Below are positions 63,166 through 64,000 of a stretch of 64,000 nt of DNA, in pieces. The DNA is from Alphaproteobacteria bacterium (GTDB lineage: Bacteria; Pseudomonadota; Alphaproteobacteria; MPNO01; UBA830): contig OZ251539.1 in the NCBI GenBank assembly GCA_965243135.1, forward strand, positions 1,888,001 through 1,952,000, read 5' to 3'. Each line of letters starts with the position of its first letter. Within the stretch, counting starts at the first letter, position 1. Below the pieces are notes generated by a model, which did no database searches, was not told the origin of the DNA, and saw only the letters and a program-made list of their open reading frames with translations. Position numbers and translations under genes: made by a program.

Positions 63166-64000
63166 TCAGGCGGCCTCGCAGTCGAAGCCGACGACGTTGC
63201 GCTCCTCGCGGCTGAACTCCACCCCGATCAGGTGGACCGAACGCCCGAGGTGGCGGTACTTGTCCGCATAGCCCTTCTCCCGCAACTGCGCGAGCGCGGT
63301 CCCCTCCCGTCCGCGCTCCACCACCTTGAACTCGAACAGGTAGACGCGCCCGCCGGCGCGGACCGCCATGTCGGCCCGCCCCCGGCTGCCGCTGTCCTCG
63401 GCCACCGGCTCGACGCCCTCCATCAGGAAGCAGCTGTGGATGACGCTCGCGTAGTGGGCCTCGTACTTCGCGACGGGGCTGTTCATGTACCATTGGTGCG
63501 GGGCGAAGACGCCGCGGAACAGGGTCTCGATGCGCTCGAAATCGTTCGCCTCCAGCAGTTCGCCCAGCCGCAGGCGCCCCGTCTTCTTGCGCGCCTCGAC
63601 CGGGAGCAGTTCTCCCAGCAAGGCCTCGCCCAGGCTCCGGCGCACCTCGAGGTTCGGGTAGTCCAGCCGGTAGTGCCCGTCCTCCTCGCCGGCGATGGTG
63701 AGGTAGCCGGTCTGGAACAGAAGCGCCTCGACCGAGATACTGTCCACGTCGAAGGTCGAGAGCAGGCTCTCGCTGCCGATCATGCCGTCCAGGTCGGGAG
63801 TGGGCAGGTCGCGGCGCGTCAGCGTCTCGACCAGGAAGGTCGGCGTGCCGCTCTGGAACCAGTACGGGCGGAACTCGCGCCGTTGAAACAGCAGCAGGAG
63901 GCCGAACGGGTTGTAGACCCTCTCCGGCCCGCGCCAGTTGTAGCCGTTGTACCAGCGGCGGATCTCGTCCCGGTCCAGGCCCTCGAGTTCCGGGGCGAAG
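63166..64000 (-). CDS. AAA-ATPase-like + PD-(D/E)XK nuclease protein (copy 16, 3' part; 5' end outside the window)
   Basis: YNGY, YNPF, QTGYLTI, GRADM, FEFK; one 2-codon deletion. Confidence 0.88.
   Translation of the reverse strand, partial: FAPELEGLDRDEIRRWYNGYNWRGPERVYNPFGLLLLFQRREFRPYWFQSGTPTFLVETLTRRDLPTPDLDGMIGSESLLSTFDVDSISVEALLFQTGYLTIAGEEDGHYRLDYPNLEVRRSLGEALLGELLPVEARKKTGRLRLGELLEANDFERIETLFRGVFAPHQWYMNSPVAKYEAHYASVIHSCFLMEGVEPVAEDSGSRGRADMAVRAGGRVYLFEFKVVERGREGTALAQLREKGYADKYRHLGRSVHLIGVEFSREERNVVGFDCEAA

Noticed and set aside
16789-63215. Long plus-strand ORFs over the ATPase copies (e.g. 16789-19719, 20104-21786, 55289-57352, 61251-63215)
   Set aside because: Antisense shadows of high-GC coding frames; no motifs, and ends vary between copies.
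17890-64000. Diversity-generating retroelement or shufflon as the source of variation
   Set aside because: No RT ORF, no TR/VR pair with adenine-specific changes, no invertase, and all copies are co-oriented; variation is block-wise.
17890-64000. Integron cassette array
   Set aside because: No integrase or attC-like sites recognised; copies have their own promoters and irregular spacers.
17890-64000. Array as a pure assembly artefact
   Set aside because: Not favoured: copies have distinct alleles, unique spacers and lesions shared in a nested pattern. It cannot be excluded without reads.

Overview
High-GC, probably alphaproteobacterial window with two parts. Bases ~1.3-17.6 kb are ordinary metabolic genes: an LLM monooxygenase, a minus-strand hydantoinase B/A-aminotransferase-CMD-FAD monooxygenase cluster, a MerR-like HTH + vWA pair, an aromatic acid-CoA ligase, a nitroreductase and a quinone oxidoreductase. 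From ~17.9 kb to the window end lies a co-oriented array of 15 copies of a ~510-aa AAA-ATPase-like + C-terminal PD-(D/E)XK nuclease gene: 9 intact, 1 cut by the window edge, 5 broken. A 16th, more divergent copy sits at 1-605. The copies are block mosaics of a few alleles, include a hypervariable segment between Walker A and Walker B, and each copy with a visible 5' end has its own sigma70-like promoter placed for leaderless translation. The spacers contain microdeleted remnants of mutT, an MFS gene and argJ, an ORF-less group II intron whose EBS1 matches a conserved site in the ATPase gene, a 172-bp MITE, IS remnants, and a TIR + membrane-protein pair. Family assignments come from motif recognition only; no searches were run.
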